Assembly (NCBI GenBank): GCA_002269645.1
Contig: NIVC01000242.1
Coordinates: 1-64,000 of the forward strand
Source of the DNA: Macrostomum lignano
Lineage: Eukaryota
Reading direction: 5' to 3'
Length of the DNA: 64,000 nt
Part shown: piece by piece, positions 1-21,256 of the stretch
Position numbering within the stretch: position 1 is the stretch's first letter
Layout: each line of letters starts with the position of its first letter
The notes under the pieces: model-generated
Told to the model about the DNA's origin: nothing
What the model saw: only the letters and a program-made list of their open reading frames with translations
The model's database searches: none
Position numbers and translations under genes: made by a program

Positions 1-141
1 TATTGATTGTCAAAACTATATTAATATGCATATAAGGACAAAACAGCCATGCATTGGCTATTCACGTATAACTATTTTAAACAAGAAATCTCTGCTTAGA
101 ATTTCTGATTAGAAGCACAAGAAATCGTTTACATTAACAAC

Positions 142-3100
142 CTTGCCGGCGACGCCGATCTCCGACTCCATCATGGTCGGGTCCATGACCACGCTGCAAA
201 CTCAATGGAGCCCTCGAGGCTGGCGGCCCGCTCAGAGTCTGGACAGGAACCGTTCAGCGGCAGGGTCGTGAAGATCAGCCCGATTTGAATCCAGAAATAT
301 TTTGGCCCGTAGGCGCCCAGGCTCTTGATCTGGGTTTGCGGGGGTAACGAAATGGCTTTTTAATGAGCTTGGATAATCCTCAAAGCTTCAATTTAAATGC
401 TTGCTTCAGATCATGCATGTAGCATGTTTTCTGTGTGATGAAGCTTCTATTGATAGCTTCGATATTTTTTTTATCCTGTGTTTAGTGAAGCCTAAAAAGT
501 TAATTAAAGAATTGCGGGACTAGAAAACTGTAAAATTTTTCGTTTTTTCTACTGATTTATTTTCTGTCAGTCTCATGTCATTCAGATTGTAACTCATACG
601 GCTTGATTTTTCCACCTGACTGAGCCTGTCTAGTTAGTAAGAGGCTCTAAATTTAACAATTAGCAGATGCTGTTAAAAATCACGTTAATTAGCATTTGCA
701 TCCACATTTGCATTCGCGTTTCAATTTAAATTTGCATCTGCATTTGCGTCCGCATCAACACACGCGTCCACCGATCCGCATCCGCATCCGCATCCGCATC
801 CGCATCCGCATCCGCATCCGCATCCGCATCCGCATCCGCATCCGCATCCGCATCCGCATCCGCATCCACCTGCATCCACATCTGCATCCTCATCCACATC
901 CACATCCGCATCCATACCCACATCCGCATCCTCATCCATATCCACATCTGCATCCATATCTACATCCGCATCCTCATCCACATCCACATCTGCATTCACA
1001 TCAGCATCCACATCCGCATCCTCATCCACATCTACATCTACATCCACATCCGCATCCTCATCCTCATCCTCATCCTCATCCACATCCACATCTGCATCCA
1101 CATCCGCATCCTCATCCTCATCCTCATCCTCATCCACATCCACATCTGCATCCGCATCCGCAGTTTGAGTGCAGTTGAAACATTTCAAAACCTGCATTCC
1201 TGCTGGACTTACCACGCACTCTAATCTCTTGCCGTAGTCTTCGAACGGAGCGATGCGAATCGCTATGAAGATTCGATAGTTCTCTTCTGCAGTCGATGTC
1301 GATTTTTTTACAAAATTTTAAATGTGTAATGCAAGGTAAAATTAGGCAGGTGAAAAAGGCAAAAGTAGAAACAAACCAGCAAAGTAGAAATGGACTCCGT
1401 CGGATCGCCTTTGAATATCATCTTCTGATAGGACGTTATATTGCTTCTTTGTAAAGCGTCTTCCAGTTTCCGGGCAATCTGAATATTTCAAGTTATTATT
1501 TTGACTGGAATTAATACGCGCTCGTACATTATTCTTTGATCAAGCTGCTCGTACTACTAGACTAATGCAGTTGCGAATGACTTCTAGCCTATACGATATG
1601 TAACATATTACGAGCGTCATAGTGTCACACGAGTAAGCCTACGTGAGTAATCCACAAGACATCGACATACAACGCGCACAGCTTAACTCACCGGATAGAC
1701 AATCTCGTGGTCAGACGTTATCAAGGCGATCTTCTTCCAGCCGAATCGCTTCAATAACTCAATGGTGGGCTGAATGAACAGGTTGTTGGTAATTGGCATA
1801 CGAATGTAAAACGGGTAGGAGGACTTGTCGCTCAGCGCTGGCGAGCTATTCGCGTAGCCAATCTAAAATGGTTTCCGAATGATTTACTTTACTTCCTTCT
1901 TGGGAGTTTGCGACTAATCCATATACTAAAAATGGTTTGTCGGTGTCTATCTGATCGATTAAAGTAAAAACGGCTCAATCGATTTTTTTCGAACTTGCCC
2001 AGCAAATACTTGTCGCATATTTAAAATTGCGACAGTTTTATGGTAGCGAAAATTTATTGAATTACCTTGATCCGTAAAATGATTCGCTTCTGGATTCAAA
2101 GACATCTTCTCGAGCAGGGCTAATGCTGATGAGTGTGACATCAAAGGGGAAATTCCGCATTGAAATTCTAGCCCATGTCTGTGCGACTGCAATTAGACTG
2201 CGATATCTATAGCTGGCAATCTAGGAGGCAATCTAGCTGGTACTGCCGACAGAAATTCAAAATTAAATCTCTCAGCCATCTGTTCTGTGAATTGGTTAGC
2301 TAAATTTCGCCTCAATGTCATTTAAGGAACTTGCGAACTCTTTTTAGTGCGCATGCAGGTGCCGATAGTCTGTCAGAGCTGAATATGCGAGCGCAAAAAA
2401 CGCACACTATTTTGGCATAAGATCTGATTCAAACCATCGGCAGCCTTTTGAACGCTATATATATCATAATTTGAATGAGGCTGTGATCTTAATAGCTTCT
2501 TCTCTTGAATCTTGACCCAATGAGACATTTATGAGCCACATGCAGCAGTTTTGCTGTATGAGCTGTTGAGGACGTGAGAGTGATCGAGATGAGAGTGGAG
2601 AGGGTGAAAGCTGGAAAAACGGTAGCAATGTGTTGTGAATACAAAAAAGTAAGCTGACAAACGGTTTCATTATCATGGCAAGCTCGTCGCAAATTTCACA
2701 GCTCAATTAGACTCACCTGTGGCAGGTAATAGTACTTGGCAATGTCTGCAACAATCTGCGACTGCTGCGAGAATGCTGCACCCAGAATTAGGGCTTTGTT
2801 TGGCGGCTGCAGGTATCCGTCTATGAATGCCTTGGCGGCGCTGCCAGTGGCCTCCTGTGCGCAGGTATTTGAAGCAGAAAGGAACAGAAGGTGAAAACAG
2901 GAAAATATTTTTCTGCTAGAAAACAGGCAGAGTTCCTGCAAAATGTATTTTGTAGGTTGCCGTAGTTCCCAATTACCCTTTTTAGACTCTTTCTTCATAA
3001 ACCTTCGTTTCTGTATTTGTATTTCCTAAATATTTTAATTTTAGAACTATAAGAACTGAACAGCTCTTAAAGATGAAATAAATTAAACCTCTCAGGGGAG

Positions 3101-3581
3101 TTTTGGGCAACTTGGGCAACGCCTTTGGCGATATCGGCCTACACTGATGCAATTCTACTCATTCCGCTGACTCCTATCCGTAGGTACGCACTCATACAGC
3201 AGCTTTGTAGCCCTAAATTTCAAACTGTCTGGCGCGTACACCTTCTGTGCTTTTAGGAGCACGGAGTCAAACCAGGGGTCGCGGCGTGAGAGGCTCTGCC
3301 CCTCAATCAGTTTTGTTATCGTGGAATGCTATGCACGCGCGGTAGGAACCAAAGCTTACCGACAAAGCCAGTTTGGTAGTACAACTGAGTTGAAATCCGG
3401 GAAACAGGTGACTGAGATTGTTGTTGATGTAAGAAAAAGAGAAGTTGAAATAGGCGGAGTCGGTGGCGAAACTCGAGGATGTGGAGCTGATGCAGAGAAG
3501 ATGCACAATCTGCCTGTCGTCAGATGCTCCGCCAGCTGCTGCCAGGAGCAGCAGAATTAGCAGAGTTACCTGCTTGAGCAT
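142..3581 (-). CDS. GABA-B-receptor-like class C GPCR, paralog 1 (exons 1-6 only; gene continues past the left edge; two apparent 1-bp frameshifts)
   Basis: GT-AG exons: 3360-3581 (signal peptide [18 protein letters not shown]), 2717-2854 ([25 protein letters not shown]), 1692-1862 ([21 protein letters not shown]...FGWKKIALI), 1377-1478, 1213-1286 and about 142-329 ([14 protein letters not shown]). The SSPALS..YP.F.R and GW..IA motifs are Venus-flytrap signatures. Exon lengths 138/171/102 equal those of paralog 2. Confidence 0.85.
775..1162. repeat. (GCATCC)n hexamer microsatellite degenerating into CATCCA/CATCCT variants (intron 5 of paralog 1)
   Basis: Pure GCATCC run at about 775-865, then variant hexamers. 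It explains the His/Pro, Asp/Ala and Arg/Ile ORFs in the track. Confidence 0.95.
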
Positions 3582-3710
3582 GACGCCGCAGCTCGTCGAC
3601 TTCAAGGTTAGCAACACGGCAGCCGGAGCAATGGAGTTGCCTTATAGCTCTCGATCTATGTATGCTAGCTCTTTATGGGGTTGTCGGCGCTCCCTTATTG
3701 GCCAGCTGGC

Positions 3711-3717
3711 TTTTATA
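3711..3717 (-). promoter_or_regulatory. Candidate TATA box of GPCR paralog 1
   Basis: TATAAAA on the minus strand, about 130 bp upstream of the ATG at 3581. Confidence 0.35.
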
Positions 3718-4005
3718 CGGGCTGGATACGCTTCCTTTTGATGCAGCTCTTTTCATGTCTTCCTTGATTGCTACTCATTTTGATATCCACGGCTCTTTGT
3801 CGGATATTGCGTGCGAATTAAATTGGTTTTGCTGAGAAAGTACTGACTTATTTGTTAGTAGCTATGTCGCAGGGCCGCATTTATATGATAGAATTCCCAC
3901 TGGTTCAGCATGTTCATTACCAGAACTGCAAGTTAATTAAATTTTTCGGCGGATGGTTGTTCTACACATGCATGCAGCTGAACTGACTGCTTGCCCACCT
4001 GTGAA

Positions 4006-4377
4006 GGGGGCCGTAGCCCAGCGGTAGCGCAGCTGCTCTGGTGTGCCGGCGACCAAGGCTCGATTCCAAGTGCAGTCACATTAATTTGGGGCTGAATTGG
4101 AATCTCGGCTTGGCTCTGCTCGTGCAATTAACGGCCTTGAGAGCGAACCCCCAAGGCGCAGTGAAGTGTACATGCCTAACGATAATATAAAGTTACATGT
4201 AGGGCCGCTGTACACTCCTGTGTGAGTGTGTGCCTGCGTACGTATCCGCGCGCTTGTATGCCTGCTCAGGGGAGTCAGCGGAATGGGCAGTAATAGTAAT
4301 GCCTCTCGCCGGTTGTGTGTTGATGTCGCTTAAAGTGCGCCAGGGTGCACACAACCCCTGCCTCTAGTAAAAAAAAA
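4006..4377 (+). mobile_element. tRNA-derived SINE (family A), full length with 14-bp TSD
   Basis: Head GGGGGCCGTAGCCCAGCGG (A box) ... GGCTCGATTCC (B box) and an A-rich tail. Direct repeat TTGCCCACCTGTGA at 3991-4004 and 4378-4391. Near-identical copy at 15687-16052. Confidence 0.9.
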
Positions 4378-5260
4378 TTGCCCACCTGTGAGGGAGTGGT
4401 CAATTTATAGATAGGTAGCAGCTCTGATCTGAGCTACAGAAATACAGGATGCGAGTAATGGAAGCAAGTACACAAAACATTTACCGCACAAATGCAGCGG
4501 GTCAGGCGTATTTCTTTATTCTGATGATACGCGACAAAACCTTTTGTAAGCAAGCTTCTTAGTCAGAACGCTCTGTTCCAAACTGAGAACAATTGCTGGA
4601 CTTATAAAAAGTATTAAATACCTGAGTGGCGGCTTAGCTCGTGAGTTTTCATTGATGCAATCGACAATTGCATCGTTTTCACCTGTTTAGCTGGTATTTC
4701 AAAGAGCTAAGCCTAGTGTATGTATTGTAGGTGTATAGAAATTCGCATCTCTGCTCCACAGGCCTTTCATTGCTGATGTTCTTTCAGCCTTTAATGAAGT
4801 TCCTTCCAGTTTGTTCAACAGCGCCAGCTCCAACAGGTTTGAAGTTCGAGTTTGGGTTCAGAACCAACAGTCGACAATACGGACGAAACGCTTCTCGTGC
4901 TCTAGTACAGGTGAAATAAAACTGAAAATCATGTATCTCGCTAAAGCATTATGAAGCTTAAAAAAATTCCATAGCACAGCAGACGAGATCAGAACCGGAA
5001 GGCAACTCCAGTGCCTTTCGTGTTGATTCTAGCGTGCTCAAGTTTCACTACCAAACAAGTGAACAGATGCGCCCTACTCAGATGAGCAGCGAGTCCTGCA
5101 TTGTGCGAGTCACTTGTTCAACAAAATTTAGCAAAGTTCTATTTAAGCTTTTCTAGGCTATTGAGCCCTTTAATTGAAATACCTCCTGGTCTAAAAATGA
5201 AATGGCTGAGTCATTTTTTAAATTGCATTTGACTCAGCCCACCAAGCGCATGGTGAGAGA

Positions 5261-5397
5261 TGATCAGGAGAGGGTAGGTCAGAGGAAAAGGGCGGATCAG
5301 GAGAGGGTAGGTCAGAGGAAAGGGGCGGATCAGGAGAGGGTAGGTCAGAGGAAAGGGGCGGATCAGGAGAGGGTAGGTAGAGGAAAGGAGCGGATCA
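5261..5397. repeat. 33-bp minisatellite, about 4 copies
   Basis: Unit GCGGATCAGGAGAGGGTAGGTCAGAGGAAAGGG; source of the ADQERVGQRKG ORF. Confidence 0.9.
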
Positions 5398-6372
5398 TGA
5401 AAAAGAGGTCAGATAATAGGATTAAATATTTAAATTATCTACTAGAGCCGATTTGAAAGAGTCCAATGAAATTCAACAGCCGGTACGTGCATCGTGAATA
5501 CTGTTGGTTCAAATAAAAAGCCAAAAAGTGAACACTGAAACGATTTGACTAAGAAAAGCAGAAAGCAAGAATGTGTTGTATTTTATTAACTGTTAGTACG
5601 TACTTAAACAACAAACGCTACTTGAAAAAAAACATTTGTTGCCATTTGCTGTTTTGTGCATTGACTAAACTGACAGATCTTAACACGCTATAGATGGGTA
5701 CGGTCAATGATACTTTAGAGAGGTTTTGCTTTTCAAGACGTAGAATTTTATACGCTCCGCTCGTAGTTGGTTAGACAGCAGATGAAAGTGATCAACTAAA
5801 AGCATGACAGTGCAATTCGAGACATGGCAACCACTGTCGGTGCTACATTAGAACTACGTTAACAGACTATCGATTAGTTCTCGAATTGCACTATTGCACT
5901 GTAGAGTGATGTTTTCGGATATGATGATAATATAATTTAAGAATCATAATGAATCAAGACTTGGGCTGAATACTGTTTTCTATACATAATAGACAACAGT
6001 TATTCGTAATGTTACGTTTCGTTTTTTTCTTTGGTTTTTTAAACGCAAACGCAATGAATTTATGGTAAAAACAGTTGCTCCACAGCATTGCCAGTAAGCT
6101 TGATCTACGAGCTACGTGACAATAAATTACACGAGTGGCCCATCAGCGTGGTTTTACGCAGCATTGCAATTTTGTCATGCTAAGTTGAAAAACGGAATCC
6201 AATGTTGAAAGGCTAATTCAATACTCGAAGACTTACTTGTCTCTCAGCCAGACATCTGCGGCTGTCTATGGTCCAACCCATCTTTATTCTGCAGGATTTC
6301 AACTTTGGGTGCCCGTTTTCTAACTTATAGCTTGACAAAAGCTACAATGTCTGTGCTGTATGTCTGTGCTAT

Positions 6373-6850
6373 AATGACATTTAACGCCCGATTGTCATTG
6401 TTTAACAAGTTGACGATCAATATTCACATTTTTAATGCAGAACAATCCATTACTACAAACAATGCATTGTATGTAGGATCGTCAAATAAAAAAACAATGC
6501 AAAGAATCAGCGGTCGCAGCACGTGACAACGATTTGTCTATGGCTCGCGCCTACCGAGCGCAAGCCCTGACAATTTATCCATTGTCAAACTTACTTTAAT
6601 GCAAATTAGCGGGCAGTTAATGGATAAATAATCAGCGGTCCCAGTGCGTGATAACGATTGTCTGGCGAGCGCCGGTAGGCGCGAGCCATAGACAAATCGT
6701 TGTCACGTGCTGCGACCGCTGATTCTTTGCATTGTTTTTCTGTTTGACGATCCTACAGACAATGCATTGTTTGTAGTAGTGGATTGTTCTGCATTAAAAA
6801 TGTGAATAATGATCGTCAAATTGCTAAACAATGACATTTAACGCCCGATT
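6373..6850. repeat. Foldback / long inverted repeat (arms about 165 bp)
   Basis: About 6393-6557 is the reverse complement of about 6671-6837 with few mismatches. The 21-mer AATGACATTTAACGCCCGATT occurs as a direct repeat at 6373-6393 and 6830-6850. Confidence 0.85.
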
Positions 6851-6901
6851 TTTCTGTCCCCTTTGTCAAGGACACAAATGTCTATGGCACAATAATAGTA
6901 G

Positions 6902-6997
6902 TACCCATGCTTTAAGGGCGTTAATGAGGAATCCTCGGGCGCTAACGGCCTAACGGCGCCCTCTGATTTTCCCAATAACGCCCTTAAAGCATGGGTA
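6902..6997. mobile_element. Small MITE-like element with perfect 22-bp inverted repeats
   Basis: TACCCATGCTTTAAGGGCGTTA (6902-6923) and its reverse complement (6976-6997). Confidence 0.6.
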
Positions 6998-7055
6998 TTA
7001 ATGTACTATTGTGTATAACAAACTGATGGATGAAAAAGAATAGTTATAAAAAATA

Positions 7056-7632
7056 TAGTACTTTGCAAGCTAGTAGAGACTACGAGCAAGCAATTTAATC
7101 CAAGATAGCAAAAACACATGCATTTTGAGCCTCACTGCTAGTTGTCTATGGTAAAAAGTGTGTCAAACCGGCAGGCAATTCAATCAGCACTCATTTAAGC
7201 ACTGAAATCCATAAACAGCGCTGTCTATGCCGTTCCACTCTCAGTTTTTCAACATGTCAGACGAAAGTGACCAAGCCAGCACCATTTTTGAAGACATCGA
7301 CAGAATCGCTGCCGAAGATGCCGGAGCGCCACCTGTGCAGTATGCTAAGATTAGCGACGAAAAGCATAGAATGATAATCGACGCTATCGACGGAGGGATA
7401 ACAACAGAAGCATTGCCAACTTGGCACGCAGGCAAGAATTCGCACAGGCTGTATCGCTGGGAGGTGATTATGTAACTCCTCCTTGTAGGTGAGTGCTCCA
7501 AGGATTGAAGTGCCTGCCGGTTTGACACACTTTTTACCATAGACAACTAGCAGTGAGGCTCAAAATGCATGTGTTTTTGCTATCTTGAATTAAATTGCTT
7601 GCTCGTAGTCTCTACTAGCTTGCAAAATGCTA
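7056..7632 (+). mobile_element. Non-autonomous Tc1/mariner-like element with about 125-bp TIRs
   Basis: About 7056-7185 is the reverse complement of about 7503-7632, flanked by TA. The internal ORF 7227-7475 has an HTH-like segment (YAKISDEKHRMIIDAIDGGIT) but no catalytic domain. Confidence 0.7.
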
Positions 7633-9257
7633 TATTTACGCATAAGAAATATTCGTTCTGGGTGTGACGCATGATATTTGCAGCTACGGTATGGAATTTG
7701 CCACTGACACAACAATTAGCGAACTACGCTTATTCATTGAAGTGTTTCTAACAATCAGTCGATTCTAAAATTATGTACTCAAAAAGTAATAGGCCGTATC
7801 AAACTCTGAGTAAAAGGAACAGTTCGAACTCGAGTAAAAACCCTTTAGTTTGAGCAAAACTCAAGATCGGTTTGATTGAATAAAGAATTGGTTCAAACTC
7901 GGAGCTGTTAATCAACAATCTGAGCGGCTGAATCAATCGTGATTTGAGTTATGACATAGACATAGCATAGCCAGAGTCAGCCAGAGTCATAAACATTCAG
8001 TGCTGGCTCCATGCCAATTCTCTTAACAATTTGCCTGGCCTTATGAGGTAAAAGTGAAAACTCGTTTCCACTCCAGAGTGCTAATTATAGAACTCCTTGA
8101 TGCAGACAAGAGTTTCTATTCGAGTTTGAGCAACTGGTCACTTTATTTATACGACCTAGTAGAGTTGGAGGGTATTTAGAACAGTCACCATGTAGAGAAA
8201 ACAACATCTAAATTGCAGTGCAGGCGCGAATTTTGATAAATAAAATATTAAATAATAGTGCAAATCTACCACTAATACTACTATACCAGTATAGCAGTAA
8301 TATTCGACTTTAACTTTGTAAGCTTGCGTTGGTTTTTTATCAACTTCCTTGAAAACTTGATTAAGCTTTAGTAGTGGTACTTCGTGCTCAATGCTACTTT
8401 GATCAAAGCGTGCTTATAAAATATAAAATATAGTTAGCAAACGCTGTTTGCAGTGCTTGAAACCAACATGAGTCCTTCTCAATGTTTTTCTCTGGCTCTA
8501 TTAAGTGGTAATTTTGGTCTCAATTTTCTTTTTTTTTTCAAGCCACTGCGCTAGCCATCTCGTTTTTTTAGTAACACCATGAGCATAGCAACTTTCACTC
8601 GAACTCTGTATTCTCCATCTCTCTCCCTATTCATTCGCGATTATTAATTGATTTGGTGGTCAACTCTCGCCCATTCTCTCGCCAGCTCTGTCTGTCTTGC
8701 CTCTCCCTCTCTCCCCTTTCTCCCCTCTCTCCCCTTTCTCCCTCTCCCTCCCTCTATCCTTCCACAGGTACTAGAATAACTAGATGGGCCACTCAGCACG
8801 TTTGCGTGTAAGCTACTTTCAGTTCAGTAGTAAGTTAAACTGAAGCATTTTAATGTATTTTTAAAGCCAAGGCTCATTTATTAGCTTTACCCCCAGCTTA
8901 AAGCATCTAACCGCGCCTTTCCGCACTACCCCTCCCCCGCCCCGCCCCAATTTTATTGCCTTTCTCGGAATTCCAGCCTAAAGCTGCCATGTACATTTCA
9001 GTGGACTGGCTAATGTACATTATTGCTGACCAATTAGCAAGTTGTTTACGCCTGCAAGCTTGGGCTTCAAAACTTATCAAAGCCATTTCATCTGCCTTTA
9101 TTTTTATAAAATAGCTTATGTATTCTTCTTTGCTACTGAACTGTAAGTAGAAAGCTGTTTTACTAAGTATATGCCTGAATGGCCCATCCAGTTATTCCCA
9201 GTATCTGTGATCCTTCTGTCCTCTCTCCCCCCTCTCTCTCAGCCGGACCGGGCAGGC

Positions 9258-17969
<8,712 letters not shown>

Positions 17970-18964
17970 AGTTTTGCTGGCGATGTGTTCTGGCGTCTTT
18001 TGTATCAAGGAAGCAGCTTGCGTAGCCTGTGCTCCTGTCTGGTATTTATCCTCTTCAGCGCATTCCACGGGAAGGGTGAAGCAGTGGCCAATAAGATTCG
18101 AGCTTTCTGCTCTGGGAAGCTGGCACTACGAGCTACTTTTCTGTTATCTCAAAGCCGTGTTTGAGATCTGCCATCTGGCAGTCGACGAGTCGCGTCAGCT
18201 GCTGCACCTCCTGCCTGACTATCAGGCAGTACGACTCGTGCGCAGAAGAAGTGGCCAGCGATAGGTAGTCTGGACGGCCAAGGCGATGCAGTGTCGCGTT
18301 GGAAACTCGCTCGTCGCCGATCTGGAAGACATGCAGCGAACAGCAGGCCTGCGTCAACTTGCTGTTTGAGCGAGTCCACAATGCACTGCAAGATCCTCGT
18401 GGACATCGGAACCAGAACTGCTGAATAGTTTTACAAAGAAATTGTCTTTCATCAGCGCAATAGGTAACAATTCTCCAAGAGTGCCATCCCAAATCTAGGT
18501 ATTGCTAATCACACGTCACACCTGAATCGAGCCTATATGGGTATTATCCTTACATGTATATCTTAAATTGTAGAACAAGAATTCCTGGATTCCGTGATGC
18601 ACGGGTTGCAGGATTATGGTTTGCTGGAAACAAACAAAAATCTTTTTCGCTGCTATGCAATAACATATTTTTTATTATCCGGGCGTACCGGCCTTTTGTA
18701 AATCGACCTTGCTGATTAATTCAAAATACATCTCCCGCTCCTAATTCCTCAACACTTGACCATCTGAGCACTCCACATGTACCCTTGAGCTGCTGGTCAT
18801 CTGAGAAATTCCGCATAGATTATAACAAATCTGGCAATTAAATTTTGCGATATATTTAGCGCAATATTACATGGATTTCTGATACAATACCGGTATACAC
18901 TCAAGGACTACTTAGGACTTCAGTGGTCCTTGTATACACTATACATGTACAAGCTGTATTTACT

Positions 18965-19547
18965 ACCGAGCTGAGCCTTCCGAGCGGCGAAACGATCTCA
19001 ACCTGCCAAGACTTCCGCTACTTGGGCGCGCTGATCTTGATCCTGAATCCTGAAGATATCATAACGGACCTAAAAGCACAAGCCTGGCGTGCAAAGATCA
19101 AGCTTTTCCGCGCCATAGTCGAACCGATCCTGCTCTACGGACTGGAAACCATACCGGTGACCACCACCCGGGAAAACGCGGGAAAACGCACTAAACGGCA
19201 TCTACCGGGCGCTTCTCCGCTACACACTCGGCATCCGATTCTCCGAGACCATCTCGAACCGCGATCTCGACCGGCGCACCGGCCTTCCGCCTCTCAGCGT
19301 TATCCTGCGGCGGCGGCGACAAACCCTCGCCGGCCACGTTCTGCGACGGCACGGTCGCGGTGAAGCCAACCCCCTCGCGATGGCGCTGCTTCACCCACCG
19401 CGAGAGCGGCTTGACGTGGCCAAGGCCGTGCTGCCTCGCTTATACAGACTCAGCGACCTTGACCTGACCCCGAGTGACACTGCTCTATGCCCCTCTGAGA
19501 ATTCTGTAACCCTATGCGTCTTCTCTATTCTTCTATTCTATTCTATT
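18965..19547 (+). mobile_element. RTE/L2-like LINE 3' fragment, frameshifted
   Basis: Peptides QDFRYLG, KIKLFRAIVEPILLYGLET and LLRYTLGIRFSETISNRDL...LRRRRQTLAGHVLR; (TTCTA)n tail at about 19520-19547. Confidence 0.75.
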
Positions 19548-21256
19548 TACTACCAATGTATATTGATCCATTAAAATAAATATTCGTAAACCTTTTACAG
19601 TAATTAATCATTTAAAGCTCTAGTAGGAATAATTCAAGCAATAGGTGCCTATTATGACTTCTGATTTCGGCCTTTTCTGCTTTTTTGCCGCATGGTTAAT
19701 AACGAGTTTATCTGACCTTGAAAGGCTACTGGCCATAGGTAGTACAGCCAAGACTCCGCTGTTACTTTGTTACTTTCAGCAAATATGTAACACTGTAATC
19801 ATTTGAGCTGACTTGGGTTGAGGCGAACGGTAATCCTGTCCTGCATTTCCTAGAAAGTAGTTCTCACTTGCATCATTGTCTAAGAATAAAAAATTCGGTT
19901 TTAAATGCACCCCTCGTAAAGTTTTCCATAACAGTTGTGCAAGAACAAATAAGGGATTTCTAACCAGTCATTACATTGAGGCAAATTGAAACCGTATTAC
20001 TAAATACCTACACGTCTCGTGTCTTAAATGGAAGTCTAATGAAAGAAGAGGTTTGTAGTCAGGGGCTGTGTCTATACGTGTGTCAATGTTGCGCTTGGTC
20101 TCTTTCGATTGCGGGCAGCTGTCGTTGTCATTTTTTGTTGTTGCTTTTATATTGCTGTTGTTATTGTTATTCACAGCGAATACAGAAGGCCAAATACCGA
20201 GGTACATGTAGTGACTGTTTTTGCTGTTGTTTTTCAACTGTGCATGGATCCATCACGACCCATTCAAGTCAAGAACAGTAACTGAGTCCTAGCGCTCAAT
20301 TCACTGTCTCGCAATACGAGTAGATATAGTCACCCCACAACCCTGCTTGTTTCCGAACGGGGGGGGGTAATGTCTAATTTACAATTCGTGCCGATTTTTG
20401 TTGTTTTGTACCATGCTTGGGCGCAACCTAGGGTTCGATTCAACCGGCCTTCTCTATGTCACTTCATCAAAAGCGTCCTTGAATAGTTTCAATAGCCATC
20501 TCAAGTCAAGTACTTGAAATTCAAACTTATTCTGCATATACATAGCTTTTAATATTGAGTCACTGTGTGTAGTAGAGCGCCTATACTAAAAAAATTCAAC
20601 AAACTTTGCATGCATCGATTTGATATTTTAATTGCTTTCATTTTTTGTTACGAATTTATTCGGCTTAACTGCAAACCGCGAGGTATCGCATGGTACAAAG
20701 CATACATGCGCAACCTAGGGATTCCCCCGGCCGTTTCTATTGGCAACACACATGTAAGTCACGTGACTGCTCCCAGCCAATAGCGACTTACATGTAAATA
20801 TGTGATACGTAAAATGATACGTCCAGGACCACCGTGTTACCCCTACTCTCCTTGCATGGATAAATCATGGATGAAGCATCCATGATGCCATGTATGGATC
20901 ATACCTGAACATGTATGGAGCCATACCTGATCATACATGGTTCCACGTAAACTTCATCCATGGTTACTTTCCATCCATGTACATTGATGTATGATTTTAA
21001 ATATAATTTTCCTTACTACACTACTGTTAGTAGAACGCAATGTTTGCGTAGGTTCATTTTAAAGCTGAAATTTTCTAAACAAATTCGGCAGCATCTTTAG
21101 TGCTGCTGAGAAATATGTTTCCATTCCCTTATAAATCACTTTCAAAACAAAAAAGTATCAGAACAAATACTTATGCAATTAAATGTAGAAGTAATTGAAA
21201 ACTCGTATGATGACCATTTCGAGACTTATATTATTAATGATAATTAGGCATAATTC

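Noticed and set aside
171-173. In-frame TGA in GPCR paralog 1 exon 6 as selenocysteine or readthrough
   Set aside because: Homology and the splice donor continue in a different frame from about 20 nt earlier, which fits a 1-bp deletion rather than recoding.
696-1215. His/Pro-, Asp- and Met-rich ORFs; likewise the SQSV, poly-H/D/M, CWASLPDP, MCLQGCVF, GIPNRYL and SLCSWRL ORFs elsewhere
   Set aside because: They are direct translations of micro- or minisatellites, open in several frames and on both strands, and mostly lie inside introns of other genes.
7790-8158. Harbinger-like MITE bounded by TAGGCCGTAT / ATACGACCTA
   Set aside because: Only a 10-bp imperfect inverted match and no clear TSD; too weak to call.
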